From NCBI GenBank assembly GCA_044353325.1, contig JBILCF010000001.1, positions 5,284 to 69,283 of the forward strand: DNA of 64,000 bases. The letters run 5' to 3'. The DNA is from Chitinophagaceae bacterium (GTDB taxonomy: Bacteria; Bacteroidota; Bacteroidia; Chitinophagales; Chitinophagaceae). A model generated the notes under the pieces. The model was given only the letters and a program-made list of their open reading frames with translations, was not told the DNA's origin and ran no database searches. Position numbers and translations under genes: made by a program. Shown here piece by piece: positions 9,210 to 18,128 of this stretch. Position 1 is the stretch's first letter. Every line of letters begins with the position of its first letter.

Positions 9210-9716
9210 TTATGATTTCTTTTCTACGCGTGCTGAAAATCCAATTGAAAATGGTGCATTGTCAGCATTCGCTATGATTAATGCATTCTTGTTGACATCG
9301 CCAGGTTTACCTGCACTATTAAACTCCAATGTAATTTCCCCTTGTTTGCCAGGCGCTACAGGCTCTTTAGAAAAAGAAGGTACCGTACATCCGCATGACG
9401 TTTGCACATTGGAAATAATCAATGGATGCTCACCTGCATTTTTAACAACCCAAGTATGACGCACTTTATCGCCTTCTTTCATATCGCCAAAATCAAATTT
9501 GGTTTCTAGAACTTCAATATGCGTTTTGGGCATATTTTTGACTTCTTCGTCACGTTTGGCTTGGTCTGCAGGACTTAGTCCATGACTATGCTCCTCTTCC
9601 CCATTGAATTTATTAAACAAAGCCGTTCGACTTACGCCACTTAGTTCCACCAACGCCATAGCAAATACTGATAGAGTCAATACAGTGAGTAAAACAGTTT
9701 TAATAGTTGTATTCAT
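9210..9716 (-). CDS. DUF1573 domain protein
   Basis: 168 aa. N-terminal signal/anchor. HTWVVKNAGEHPLIISNVQTSCGCTVPSFSKEPVAPG matches the DUF1573 core (CGCT). Confidence 0.75.
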   Translation of the reverse strand: MNTTIKTVLLTVLTLSVFAMALVELSGVSRTALFNKFNGEEEHSHGLSPADQAKRDEEVKNMPKTHIEVLETKFDFGDMKEGDKVRHTWVVKNAGEHPLIISNVQTSCGCTVPSFSKEPVAPGKQGEITLEFNSAGKPGDVNKNALIIANADNAPFSIGFSARVEKKS

Positions 9717-9720
9717 GTGG

Positions 9721-9728
9721 CAAAAATA
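9721..9728 (-). promoter_or_regulatory. -7-type box TATTTTTG, 4 nt upstream of the DUF1573 ATG
   Basis: Minus strand reads TATTTTTG-ccac-ATG (ATG at 9714-9716). Confidence 0.35.
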
Positions 9729-9770
9729 GTCTTTTTTTTAACTTATTGTATGGGGAAGATTTGGGATTTA

Positions 9771-9819
9771 GGGAGTTGAAGGTTGAGAGTTGTTAGTTGA
9801 GGGTTGGGAGTTGGGAGGA
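9771..9819. repeat. seven tandem degenerate heptamers (GRRRGTT-like), G-rich on the plus strand
   Basis: gggagtt gaaggtt gagagtt gttagtt gagggtt gggagtt gggagga, read directly. Non-coding spacer. Confidence 0.8.
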
Positions 9820-9827
9820 TTTCGATC

Positions 9828-9862
9828 TTTGACTTTCTACTTTTGACTTCCTACTTTCTACT
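9828..9862. repeat. five tandem degenerate heptamers (TYYKACT-like), pyrimidine-rich on the plus strand
   Basis: tttgact ttctact tttgact tcctact ttctact, read directly. Abuts the tadA stop codon (9866-9868). Confidence 0.8.
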
Positions 9863-9865
9863 TCA

Positions 9866-10321
9866 TCATCTTTTGGATTTAAAAAAATCTTTCATCAATT
9901 GAGCACATTCTTCCTGCATAATGCCTTTTTCAAGGACTGTTTTGGGGTGAAATGGCGATTGATGACAACAGCGATGATATCCATTTTTCTCATCCGAGGC
10001 ACCGTATACAATTTTAGAAATTTTACTCCAATACAATGCTCCTGCGCACATAAGGCAAGGTTCTAGTGTGACATACAAAGTTGCTTCAGGTAGATATTTA
10101 CCACCTAAATGTTGAAAAGCAGCTGTCAAAGCGATGATTTCGGCATGGGCTGTTACATCGTTGAGCATTTCGACTTGATTGTAACCTTTGGCTATCACTT
10201 GTCCCTGCAATACTATGACAGCTCCTACTGGCACTTCATCCTTGGCAAACGCTTTATGCGCTTCTTGCAAGGCCATTTTCATATAAAATTCCGGCGATTG
10301 ATCAGTTGTCATATTCATCAA
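9866..10321 (-). CDS. tadA: tRNA adenosine(34) deaminase
   Basis: 151 aa. CDA zinc motifs HAEIIAL and PCLMCAGAL. Confidence 0.85.
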   Translation of the reverse strand: MMNMTTDQSPEFYMKMALQEAHKAFAKDEVPVGAVIVLQGQVIAKGYNQVEMLNDVTAHAEIIALTAAFQHLGGKYLPEATLYVTLEPCLMCAGALYWSKISKIVYGASDEKNGYHRCCHQSPFHPKTVLEKGIMQEECAQLMKDFFKSKR

Positions 10322-10324
10322 GGC

Positions 10325-10711
10325 TTAATCAATCTTTAATTCTACTTTTCCGGCACCCACAAGTGGTTTTTTGATATTTTTTACCAAAACAGTATAGTTG
10401 CGACCTTCATAGTCAACAGAAATTGATTCTTTTTCTTCCAACAAACGTTCGTCGATGATTTTATCGTTTCTGCGTATGCTGATGTCTGCTTTTTTGCGTG
10501 TCACTTCGCCTACACTGACGATAATACTTCCGTCTGTGCCCTCAATTATTTTTTGCGAATTGGCTTCCATCATACTTTCTATGCCATTTTCAGGAATATT
10601 TAAATGATGTTTGCTGACAGCTTTCCTTCCCTCATTATTGGTACTTGTGCTACCACAACTCATACTTAAAACCATAAAGGTTAGTAAACTCAATAGTGTG
10701 TATATTTTCAT
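10325..10711 (-). CDS. hypothetical lipoprotein
   Basis: Start trimmed to ATG giving MKIYTLLSLLTFMVLSMSC. About 128 aa. No family recognised. Lies 3 nt from tadA, so likely co-transcribed. Confidence 0.5.
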   Translation of the reverse strand: MKIYTLLSLLTFMVLSMSCGSTSTNNEGRKAVSKHHLNIPENGIESMMEANSQKIIEGTDGSIIVSVGEVTRKKADISIRRNDKIIDERLLEEKESISVDYEGRNYTVLVKNIKKPLVGAGKVELKID

Positions 10712-10747
10712 AATTTGCTTTGTGTTATAAAGGTACTTCATTGCCTG

Positions 10748-11389
10748 CTATTTCATTGAAAAATTTGATTTCCCTTGGATATCAATTTCTGGACCCAAAT
10801 ATTTAGGCTCACGATCTACAGCTACTTCTAATCCAGCTTTACTTGTAGCCAATACTTCTCGAATTACATTTTTAATATGCCAAGCATACGTTTGTTTATC
10901 GGCCTCAAAACCAACCGCATGCATACCCAATTGCTTTGCAATGTATAAAGCACGATTGAGATGATAACGTTGCGATACCAAAACTGCATTATTGACTTGA
11001 AAGACTTTTTGTGCCCTTACAAGCGTTGAATAAGTATCAAAACCTGCATAATCGACAAAAATATGATTCGTGTCTACTGCATGATCTTTACAGTAATTTT
11101 TCATCACCTCCAATTCATCATATTCCACTCGACCATTATCGCCAGATAAAAGTAGCCGTTGCACTTTCCCTTCTTTATATAGTTGTATTCCTGCATCTAG
11201 CCTATCGCGCAAATAAGCACTTGGCTGTCCATTTTTGATTCCAGCACCAAACACAATTGCTACAAATCGTTGAGGAACCTGATTCAATTGATTCGTCCGT
11301 TTTGCCTTTGCATCATATTGTACCCATGCATAAAAGGATAACATGCAAACCAGCATAAATAGGCCTATTTTTACTATTTTAGAAAACAT
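10748..11389 (-). CDS. SanA/YdcF (DUF218) family protein
   Basis: 213 aa. N-terminal TM segment, then AIVFGAG...LLLSGDNG...YDE...VDYAGFDTYST...VSQRYHLNRALYIA, typical of SanA-like DUF218 proteins. Confidence 0.75.
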   Translation of the reverse strand: MFSKIVKIGLFMLVCMLSFYAWVQYDAKAKRTNQLNQVPQRFVAIVFGAGIKNGQPSAYLRDRLDAGIQLYKEGKVQRLLLSGDNGRVEYDELEVMKNYCKDHAVDTNHIFVDYAGFDTYSTLVRAQKVFQVNNAVLVSQRYHLNRALYIAKQLGMHAVGFEADKQTYAWHIKNVIREVLATSKAGLEVAVDREPKYLGPEIDIQGKSNFSMK

Positions 11390-11466
11390 GTCTATGTTTT
11401 AATTCGTAAATGTAGTAATCAGATTGAATGCTTAATAGGCTTTAAGGAAAGATTAAGAGAAATAGA

Positions 11467-11847
11467 ATGTATTCAAAATCAGTTTTAATCAATTATCTTT
11501 GCAGTTCAATGTCTGCATTGCAAAAACGCATATTATCATTTTTACTACTTACAGTATTCTGTTTGTATGTCACACCAAAAGAGGTATTTCATGCTTTTTC
11601 GCACCATACAGATACTGAGCATCATATCGTTGATACGCAAGGCTTGCATTTCGATTCAGAACATCATCATTGTGAATTGCTCAAATTGGATCAACAGTTT
11701 ACAGCGGCTCAAATTGATTTACCATATTTTGATTTTGAGCAACTACCACAATATGTTGATCAACAAAAAATAGCGCTTCTATCCAGTTTTAGAAGCAATG
11801 ATGCTAACTTAGGTCTTTTTCTAAGAGGACCACCAGCAACCGTTTAA
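11467..11847 (+). CDS. small His-rich membrane-anchored or secreted protein
   Basis: 126 aa (or 112 aa from ATG 11509, MSALQKRILSFLLLTVFCLYV). Nine His plus one Cys lie within residues 42-69 (HAFSHHTDTEHHIVDTQGLHFDSEHHHC). Sits directly upstream of a TonB-dependent receptor. Confidence 0.45.
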   Translation: MYSKSVLINYLCSSMSALQKRILSFLLLTVFCLYVTPKEVFHAFSHHTDTEHHIVDTQGLHFDSEHHHCELLKLDQQFTAAQIDLPYFDFEQLPQYVDQQKIALLSSFRSNDANLGLFLRGPPATV

Positions 11848-11964
11848 GATTATTTTACAACATCCTTGTTGTCCTTGCCACGAAAATTAAGTTTTCGTGC
11901 TATTTCATTTTATTTTAAACGAATTCTCGCACCCTTTTTTTGGTTTAGAGCTTATTTTTCAAAC

Positions 11965-14313
11965 ATGATGTCCTACATAAACCGTAGCTTAATTTTTTGG
12001 CTAACGCTTTTTTCGATAAGCGTACGAGCCCAAACCAACACATGCCAATTAAGTATTTCTGGCAAAATAGTTGAGTCTGGAACGGGTTCGCCTATTCCCG
12101 ATGCAATGGTGATGATTAAAGAATTGCAAGTAGGTGATTATACCAACGAACAAGGGGCATTTAAATTACAGCCTATTTGTCCAGGAAATTACACCCTTGT
12201 GATTCGGCATCTCAATCATGAAGAAAAAACAGAGTCTATCGTAGTTCAACAAACCATCAAATCGAAAGTGATTTACATGGCATGCCATACCGATTCGTTG
12301 CATGAAATTAAAGTCAAAGGTGCTAAACTACATTGGGAAGATGTGACGGTTTCGAATAAAATCCAAGGAAACGATTTGTTTTTGAGTAGTGGACAATCCT
12401 TGGGCAAATCGCTCGAAAAAGTCAATGGCGTATATAGTCTGAGTACCGGAAATAATATCAACAAACCAGTTATACGCGGAATGCATAGCAATCGAGTCTT
12501 GATTATGAACAACGAATTGCGTCAAGAAGGACAACAATGGGGCAATGAACATTCGCCTGAAATTGATCAGTATATGGCCAAAGAAATCGAAGTTGTAAAA
12601 GGCGCACAAACCATTCGATATGGTAGTGATATCATCGGAGGATTAATCTTAGTCAATCCTAAATCGATGAAGTTGATTGAACAAAATGCTGGCGAAGTCA
12701 ATCTAAGTGGATTTAGCAATGGAAGAAGCATTGGCGCATCAGCTTTGTTAGAAGGTAGGCTGAAACAATGGAATGGCTTCTTATGGCGCATACAAGGAAC
12801 GTACAAGCGAGCTGGTAATGCTCGTACGCCCGATTACTTTTTGAAAAACACAGGTATGAAAGAAATCAATTATTCTGCAGCCTTGGGTTATCAAAAAAAG
12901 AATTGGGACCTCGAAGTATTTCATAGTTATTTCAATACCGACATTGGCATTTTTGCTGGTTCGCATATTGGTAACTTAACGGATTTGTACAATGCATTTG
13001 AGCGTGATAGACCTATTGATAGTGCTGGATTTACTTACACAATCAATCTTCCGTATCAACATGTGCTACATCAATTGAGCAAAGCAAAATTGAATTACAA
13101 ATTGGGTAATTGGGGTACATTGCATTTGTTGTATGGTTTTCAAAGAAACACACGCAAAGAGTTTGACAAAACACTGCAAACCAAACAAGATGACGGCTCA
13201 TACAAACCTGCACTAAACTTTGAATTAAATACACATAATTTCGATGTGACATTCGAACACAAGACAATTCATCGCATTGAAGGCAGTATGGGTATCAATG
13301 GTTTTTATCAAACCAACAATTACTATGGAAGCTATTTTATACCCAATTACCAAAAGCTCACAGGCGGTTTGTACTGGGTAGAAAAATGGCACAAACATGC
13401 CCTTTCCATAGAAGGCGGCTTGCGATACGACATCAATCAATTTGAAATTCAAAAATGGGAAAACAATATTTTACTCAATACGGCACATGACTATCAAGGC
13501 CTTGCGGCTACCATAGCGGCAAGATATCAATTTCCGTTTTTTACAATTCACTTGAATGGTGGTACGGCATGGCGAGCTCCTTTTGTCAATGAGTTGTATA
13601 GCTTTGGTGTGCATCATAGTGCCGCTTCTTTTGAAATTGGCGACCGCACCCTTATACCTGAGCGCAACTACAATACATCCTTGACGATTGATTTTAATTA
13701 TAAAAAGAAAACAGATCTTGAGTTGACGTTCTTTTCAAATTATATTAAAAACTATATCAACTTGCAACCTCAATTGCCAGCTACCTTAACCATACGTGGC
13801 GCATTTCCTACGTTTCGTTACTCGCAAATTGATGCGCATTTTTATGGTACAGAGTTTTCGTCCTCATCTAAAGTGTACAAATCAATTCGATTCAATACTA
13901 AAGCAAACTTGACGATTGCTCAAAATTTATCGAGTCAAGCATTTTTGGTTGGTATACCACCTTTACGTATAGAAGGCGAACTGGAAATGCCATTGTATTC
14001 ACACAATCAAAATACCATCGAAGCAAAACTTGGAACAAGCTATACCTTCCGTCAAAACCGAGTTGCAGACTCTTCCGATTATGTGCCTGCGCCCGAAGGC
14101 TATGTATTGGTTCAATCAGATGTGCTTGCCAACTGGCATGTTGCAAAACACCCTATACAAATCAATGTTGGCGGCACCAACTTACTCAATACACGCTATC
14201 GTGATTACATGAATCGAAACAGATATTTTGTCAATGAGATCGGTAGAAACATATATATCCGTTTAAAAATCCCTTTTGATGTGGGTAAACATCAACACAA
14301 AACAATTTCATAA
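11965..14313 (+). CDS. TonB-dependent outer-membrane receptor
   Basis: The ORF-track start at 11866 is TTG; ATG at 11965 gives a signal peptide (MMSYINRSLIFWLTLFSISVRAQ). A CarboxypepD_reg-like domain, plug (VVKGAQTIRYGSD) and beta-barrel follow. Confidence 0.8.
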   Translation: MMSYINRSLIFWLTLFSISVRAQTNTCQLSISGKIVESGTGSPIPDAMVMIKELQVGDYTNEQGAFKLQPICPGNYTLVIRHLNHEEKTESIVVQQTIKSKVIYMACHTDSLHEIKVKGAKLHWEDVTVSNKIQGNDLFLSSGQSLGKSLEKVNGVYSLSTGNNINKPVIRGMHSNRVLIMNNELRQEGQQWGNEHSPEIDQYMAKEIEVVKGAQTIRYGSDIIGGLILVNPKSMKLIEQNAGEVNLSGFSNGRSIGASALLEGRLKQWNGFLWRIQGTYKRAGNARTPDYFLKNTGMKEINYSAALGYQKKNWDLEVFHSYFNTDIGIFAGSHIGNLTDLYNAFERDRPIDSAGFTYTINLPYQHVLHQLSKAKLNYKLGNWGTLHLLYGFQRNTRKEFDKTLQTKQDDGSYKPALNFELNTHNFDVTFEHKTIHRIEGSMGINGFYQTNNYYGSYFIPNYQKLTGGLYWVEKWHKHALSIEGGLRYDINQFEIQKWENNILLNTAHDYQGLAATIAARYQFPFFTIHLNGGTAWRAPFVNELYSFGVHHSAASFEIGDRTLIPERNYNTSLTIDFNYKKKTDLELTFFSNYIKNYINLQPQLPATLTIRGAFPTFRYSQIDAHFYGTEFSSSSKVYKSIRFNTKANLTIAQNLSSQAFLVGIPPLRIEGELEMPLYSHNQNTIEAKLGTSYTFRQNRVADSSDYVPAPEGYVLVQSDVLANWHVAKHPIQINVGGTNLLNTRYRDYMNRNRYFVNEIGRNIYIRLKIPFDVGKHQHKTIS

Positions 14314-14333
14314 TTTTTAAAAAAAACAACAAC

Positions 14334-14903
14334 ATGACACACACAACAAAAAACATTTTTACTGTAGTAACATTAACAGGCCTTTTGAGCTTATCCCTTT
14401 TTCAAACATCATGTAAAAAGAAAACAACCACACCTCCAAATCCAAATGAAGAGGAATTGATTACAACATTCAAAATCACCTTTACCGATTCAGCTGGTGT
14501 GCAACCAACCACCTCAGCGATGTATCGTGATTTGGATGGCGATGGTGGTGTAGGTCCTAGTATTTTCGATAGTATCAAACTTAAACCAAATACGACCTAC
14601 AATGCATCCATACTTTTATTGGATGAAACAAAAACACCTGCCGATACCATCAGCAATGAAGTATTGGAAGAAGGCGCAGAACATTTATTTTGCTTTAGCT
14701 CACCTGCAAGTTATCTCAACATACAACGAACCGATAAGGATGTCAATAACTTAGAAATAGGTTTACAATCAAAATGGAAAACCATGGGCAGTGGCAACAC
14801 AACAGTTCAAATCGTATTGCGCCATCAACCCGATGTCAAAACAGGTTCTTGCGATCCAGGTTCGTCGGATATTGATTTGACGTTTCAGACTTTGATACAA
14901 TAG
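14334..14903 (+). CDS. hypothetical lipoprotein downstream of TonB-dependent receptor
   Basis: 189 aa. Signal/lipobox LSLFQTSC. Lies 20 nt after the receptor gene. No family recognised. Confidence 0.55.
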   Translation: MTHTTKNIFTVVTLTGLLSLSLFQTSCKKKTTTPPNPNEEELITTFKITFTDSAGVQPTTSAMYRDLDGDGGVGPSIFDSIKLKPNTTYNASILLLDETKTPADTISNEVLEEGAEHLFCFSSPASYLNIQRTDKDVNNLEIGLQSKWKTMGSGNTTVQIVLRHQPDVKTGSCDPGSSDIDLTFQTLIQ

Positions 14904-14918
14904 GTGATATATTTTCAA

Positions 14919-14954
14919 CTTTTCCAAAGTTTAGAACTTTGGAAAAGTTTCTTC
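14919..14954 (+). terminator. intrinsic terminator after the receptor-lipoprotein pair
   Basis: cttttccaaagtt / taga / aactttggaaaag: perfect 13-bp stem, then tttctt. Confidence 0.7.
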
Positions 14955-15055
14955 CCCATCCCCTTTATCCCCAATAAATACATACTATACCGCAATTTGT
15001 AATTTGAATGGATTGGAATCCCTATTTTTAATTTTCAAAAATCTAGAAATTACGT

Positions 15056-18004
15056 ATGAAGAAGATTTTCTTTTCTTTTGCCATGTTGCTGATGGCATCG
15101 TTTTCGTTCGCACACGGTGATCATCAACACAGTGATGCCAACCCAAATATTACGCCGTTTAATGATGCTAAAGAGGTGAATATACCCAAAGCCTATTTGC
15201 TCAAACAACAGGCTTGGAAAGACTTTACCCAAAAATACCCAAGTTGGGGAGGTCATTTTAACCGTTATACGGAGCTTCCTCACCGTGCTTTTGGCGAACC
15301 TATTACATTCGCACCAGGTGGTTCAGATCCGGTAGCAAAAGCGAAAGCATTTTTACAAGCTGAATTTGCTGGTTTTAATTTACCACTTCAAGAAATGGTA
15401 CTTACCCGCCATTTTAACGATGGTAAATATATCCATGTCGATTTCAAGCAAGTGCACAATGGCATGGAAGTATTGTGGTCTCGAACTACAGTTCGATTTA
15501 CACAAGATTTACGTATCATATTGGTTGGTACCGATTTACATCGTGGTATTCCAGTTGTTAATCCAGCTATTTCGCCAGCACAAGCAATACAAAAAGCTGA
15601 ACAAGCTGTTGTTACACCTATTACTACTACAAGCATTTTACCGGATGTTAAACTATTTCCTTTGCCAGTAGAAGGTAAATACACTTACAGACCAGTATAT
15701 GCTGTAACTGTGGAAACGCAAGATGATGCCACTACACCAGGTAAATACCTTACCTACGTAGATGCAATTTCAGGTGATGTTTTATACCGACAAAATAAAG
15801 TGTTGCATGTTGGCTTTGAAGCAAAAGCTGATGTATTCGCAACCAATTTATTTGGACCAGTAGCAAACCTACCACTTAAGAATTTAATGTTTACAGTAGC
15901 AGGTACAAACTATTACACTGATATGAGTGGCATTGGTACAGCACCGGGTGCAGGACCAATCAATGCAACTTTGACATTATCTGGTCGTTACATCAAAATT
16001 GTAACAGGTGCAAATGGAACTGTATCACCTACTTATTCTGCAACTGGGGTCAACAACAATGACGTATTGACGTTTCCTCAATCCAGTCCTAATGCGACTG
16101 AACGTCATTTGACTTGTTACTATCACGCGAATCATGTACATGATTATATGAAATCTAAACTACCAACTTTCACAACAATGGATAACCCATTGACAACACG
16201 TATAGATCGTACAGATGGTAACTGTAATGCATTTTACAATGGAACATCGATCAATTTTTATACAACGTCAAATGGTTGTAATGCCCTATCACAAGTCAAT
16301 ACCGTAATTTATCACGAATATGGACATGGTATCACTAATGTATTTTGGGATGCCAACGGTAGTTCATTCGACAATGGCGGTATGGGCGAAGGTTACTCAG
16401 ATATTTGGTCAATGTGTATTACTAAAGATCCAATCGTAGGTCAAGGGTTTAACATTAACTCACCTACAAGTTTTATTCGTAGATACGATATTAATCCTAA
16501 AGTATATCCACAAGACCTTGTAGGTCAGGTACATGCTGATGGCGAAATTATAGCTGGTGCTTGGTGGGATTTTGCAATAAATTTATCAAGCACGATGTCA
16601 TTATCAGATGCTGTTGATACTATGTCTGATGTTTTTTCTTCTTCACATTATGGATTAGCTAATGGTCCAGATGGAACTGAAGGCGAAGTTTATTACGATA
16701 TATTAATTGATGCTCTTCAATACGATGATGACAATAATAATATTAACGATGGCACACCACACTTTATGCCTATTGTACAGGCTTTTGCCAAACATGGTAT
16801 TTATTTGTTGAGCAATTCTGATATAACACATTCACCTCAAGGTTTAGCATTGGCTGGAATTCCTGCATATGTCTATGCAGATGTAACAGTTGATTTTCCT
16901 GCTTTCTTAGGTGATGTAAAAATGTTTTACAGAAAAAAGGGCGTGAATCAACTTGATTCACTCACTTTAACCAAAACTGGAACTTCTTTCTCAGGTGCAT
17001 TCCCAACGAATGTAAGTGGCGATATATTTGAATACTACTTAACTCTGTATGACAATTTAAACTTTGCATCTCAAACAGCTCCAGAAATGGCTAGATTCTC
17101 AATAACCACTACTAAACGTAATATTCCACATTATTTATTGTTTGGATATACCTCAGTTTATCACGAAAATTTTGACTTAGTCAATTCTTCAACTCCAGGT
17201 TGGACTATTGGAAACGCACCTACCGACAATGCAACTGCAGGTAAATGGATAGTAGCAAAACCGACGCCTTCAAAAACGAATGGCGAAATCGTACAAACAC
17301 GCTTTGACCATACAGCAAGCGGACCTAGCAATGGCTTTTGTGCTGTAACCGGAAATGCTGCAGATTCTAATTTACAAGTAGGAAATGCTGATGTAGATAA
17401 TGGCCGAACATCACTCATCACAGCCGAAATGGATATCTCAACCTATACGAAACCAGTTGTATCATATTGGAGATGGTATTCCAATAGCCAAGGTACAAAT
17501 CCTGGAAAAGATCAATGGAGAGCCTATGCATCTTATGACAATGGTACTACATGGGCTATGATAGAACGAACATTCCAACCTGATGTTCAATGGCGCAGAT
17601 TTTTATGGATTCCTAACAAAGCAAATGGTAACAAAGTAAAATTGATGTTTGTTGCAACTGATAGTGTACAAGGTGGCGGTGGTTCTATTGTAGAAGCAGC
17701 AATAGATGATATTCAAATTTTAGATTTGGGTAATGTTACTTCAGTCAACGAAATATCTGCTTTGCAAGCTTCGTTGTATCCAAATCCTGCCAAAGACCAA
17801 CTCAATATCGTATTGCCAGAATCTGGATTAGTAAATGTTAACTTGGTTAATGCTGTAGGCGAAACCCTTATCAACAAAAACGAGCAAGCTTTTGTGGGTA
17901 CTCCAATGGTTGTGAACACATCGAACTTAGCGAGTGGGTTTTATTTTGTGAAATTGACACTTAATGGCAAACAGTCTATTCATAAAATCGTGATTTCTAA
18001 ATAA
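15056..18004 (+). CDS. secreted M36 (fungalysin)-like zinc metalloprotease with T9SS C-terminal sorting domain
   Basis: 982 aa. Signal peptide. HEYGHG zinc site plus GGMGEGYSD second motif. C-terminus LYPNPAKDQLNIV...GFYFVKLTLNGKQSIHKIVISK is a type-A T9SS CTD. Confidence 0.75.
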   Translation: MKKIFFSFAMLLMASFSFAHGDHQHSDANPNITPFNDAKEVNIPKAYLLKQQAWKDFTQKYPSWGGHFNRYTELPHRAFGEPITFAPGGSDPVAKAKAFLQAEFAGFNLPLQEMVLTRHFNDGKYIHVDFKQVHNGMEVLWSRTTVRFTQDLRIILVGTDLHRGIPVVNPAISPAQAIQKAEQAVVTPITTTSILPDVKLFPLPVEGKYTYRPVYAVTVETQDDATTPGKYLTYVDAISGDVLYRQNKVLHVGFEAKADVFATNLFGPVANLPLKNLMFTVAGTNYYTDMSGIGTAPGAGPINATLTLSGRYIKIVTGANGTVSPTYSATGVNNNDVLTFPQSSPNATERHLTCYYHANHVHDYMKSKLPTFTTMDNPLTTRIDRTDGNCNAFYNGTSINFYTTSNGCNALSQVNTVIYHEYGHGITNVFWDANGSSFDNGGMGEGYSDIWSMCITKDPIVGQGFNINSPTSFIRRYDINPKVYPQDLVGQVHADGEIIAGAWWDFAINLSSTMSLSDAVDTMSDVFSSSHYGLANGPDGTEGEVYYDILIDALQYDDDNNNINDGTPHFMPIVQAFAKHGIYLLSNSDITHSPQGLALAGIPAYVYADVTVDFPAFLGDVKMFYRKKGVNQLDSLTLTKTGTSFSGAFPTNVSGDIFEYYLTLYDNLNFASQTAPEMARFSITTTKRNIPHYLLFGYTSVYHENFDLVNSSTPGWTIGNAPTDNATAGKWIVAKPTPSKTNGEIVQTRFDHTASGPSNGFCAVTGNAADSNLQVGNADVDNGRTSLITAEMDISTYTKPVVSYWRWYSNSQGTNPGKDQWRAYASYDNGTTWAMIERTFQPDVQWRRFLWIPNKANGNKVKLMFVATDSVQGGGGSIVEAAIDDIQILDLGNVTSVNEISALQASLYPNPAKDQLNIVLPESGLVNVNLVNAVGETLINKNEQAFVGTPMVVNTSNLASGFYFVKLTLNGKQSIHKIVISK

Positions 18005-18044
18005 TTATCACCCAGTCACCATTAAAAACAACTACTTTTTTTAG

Positions 18045-18071
18045 AAGCCCTGCAAAATGCAGGGCTTTTTT
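18045..18071 (+). terminator. intrinsic terminator after the M36-like protease gene
   Basis: aagccctgca / aaa / tgcagggctt, followed by a T-run. Confidence 0.75.
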
Positions 18072-18128
18072 ATTTCCAAAGTAGCGTGCAATCCAATACC
18101 TTTGTTGCTCAGATAGAATACCTCAAAT

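Noticed and set aside
9752-9869. Considered a degenerate CRISPR array or minisatellite-encoded peptide.
   Set aside because: The units are 7 nt with no spacers and the period is not divisible by 3. I kept it as a non-coding repeat finding instead.
11866-11964. 33-codon N-terminal extension of the TonB-dependent receptor. Similar extensions occur at 6009, 23774, 38736, 42400, 42477 and 55459.
   Set aside because: All begin at TTG or GTG and add non-signal-like sequence in front of an ATG that yields a canonical N-terminus or signal peptide.
14954-14972. C-tract run cccc-at-cccc-tttat-cccc (G-quadruplex or i-motif potential) after the lipoprotein terminator.
   Set aside because: There are only three tracts. 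It is adjacent to a terminator with no repeat partner, which is too weak to call.
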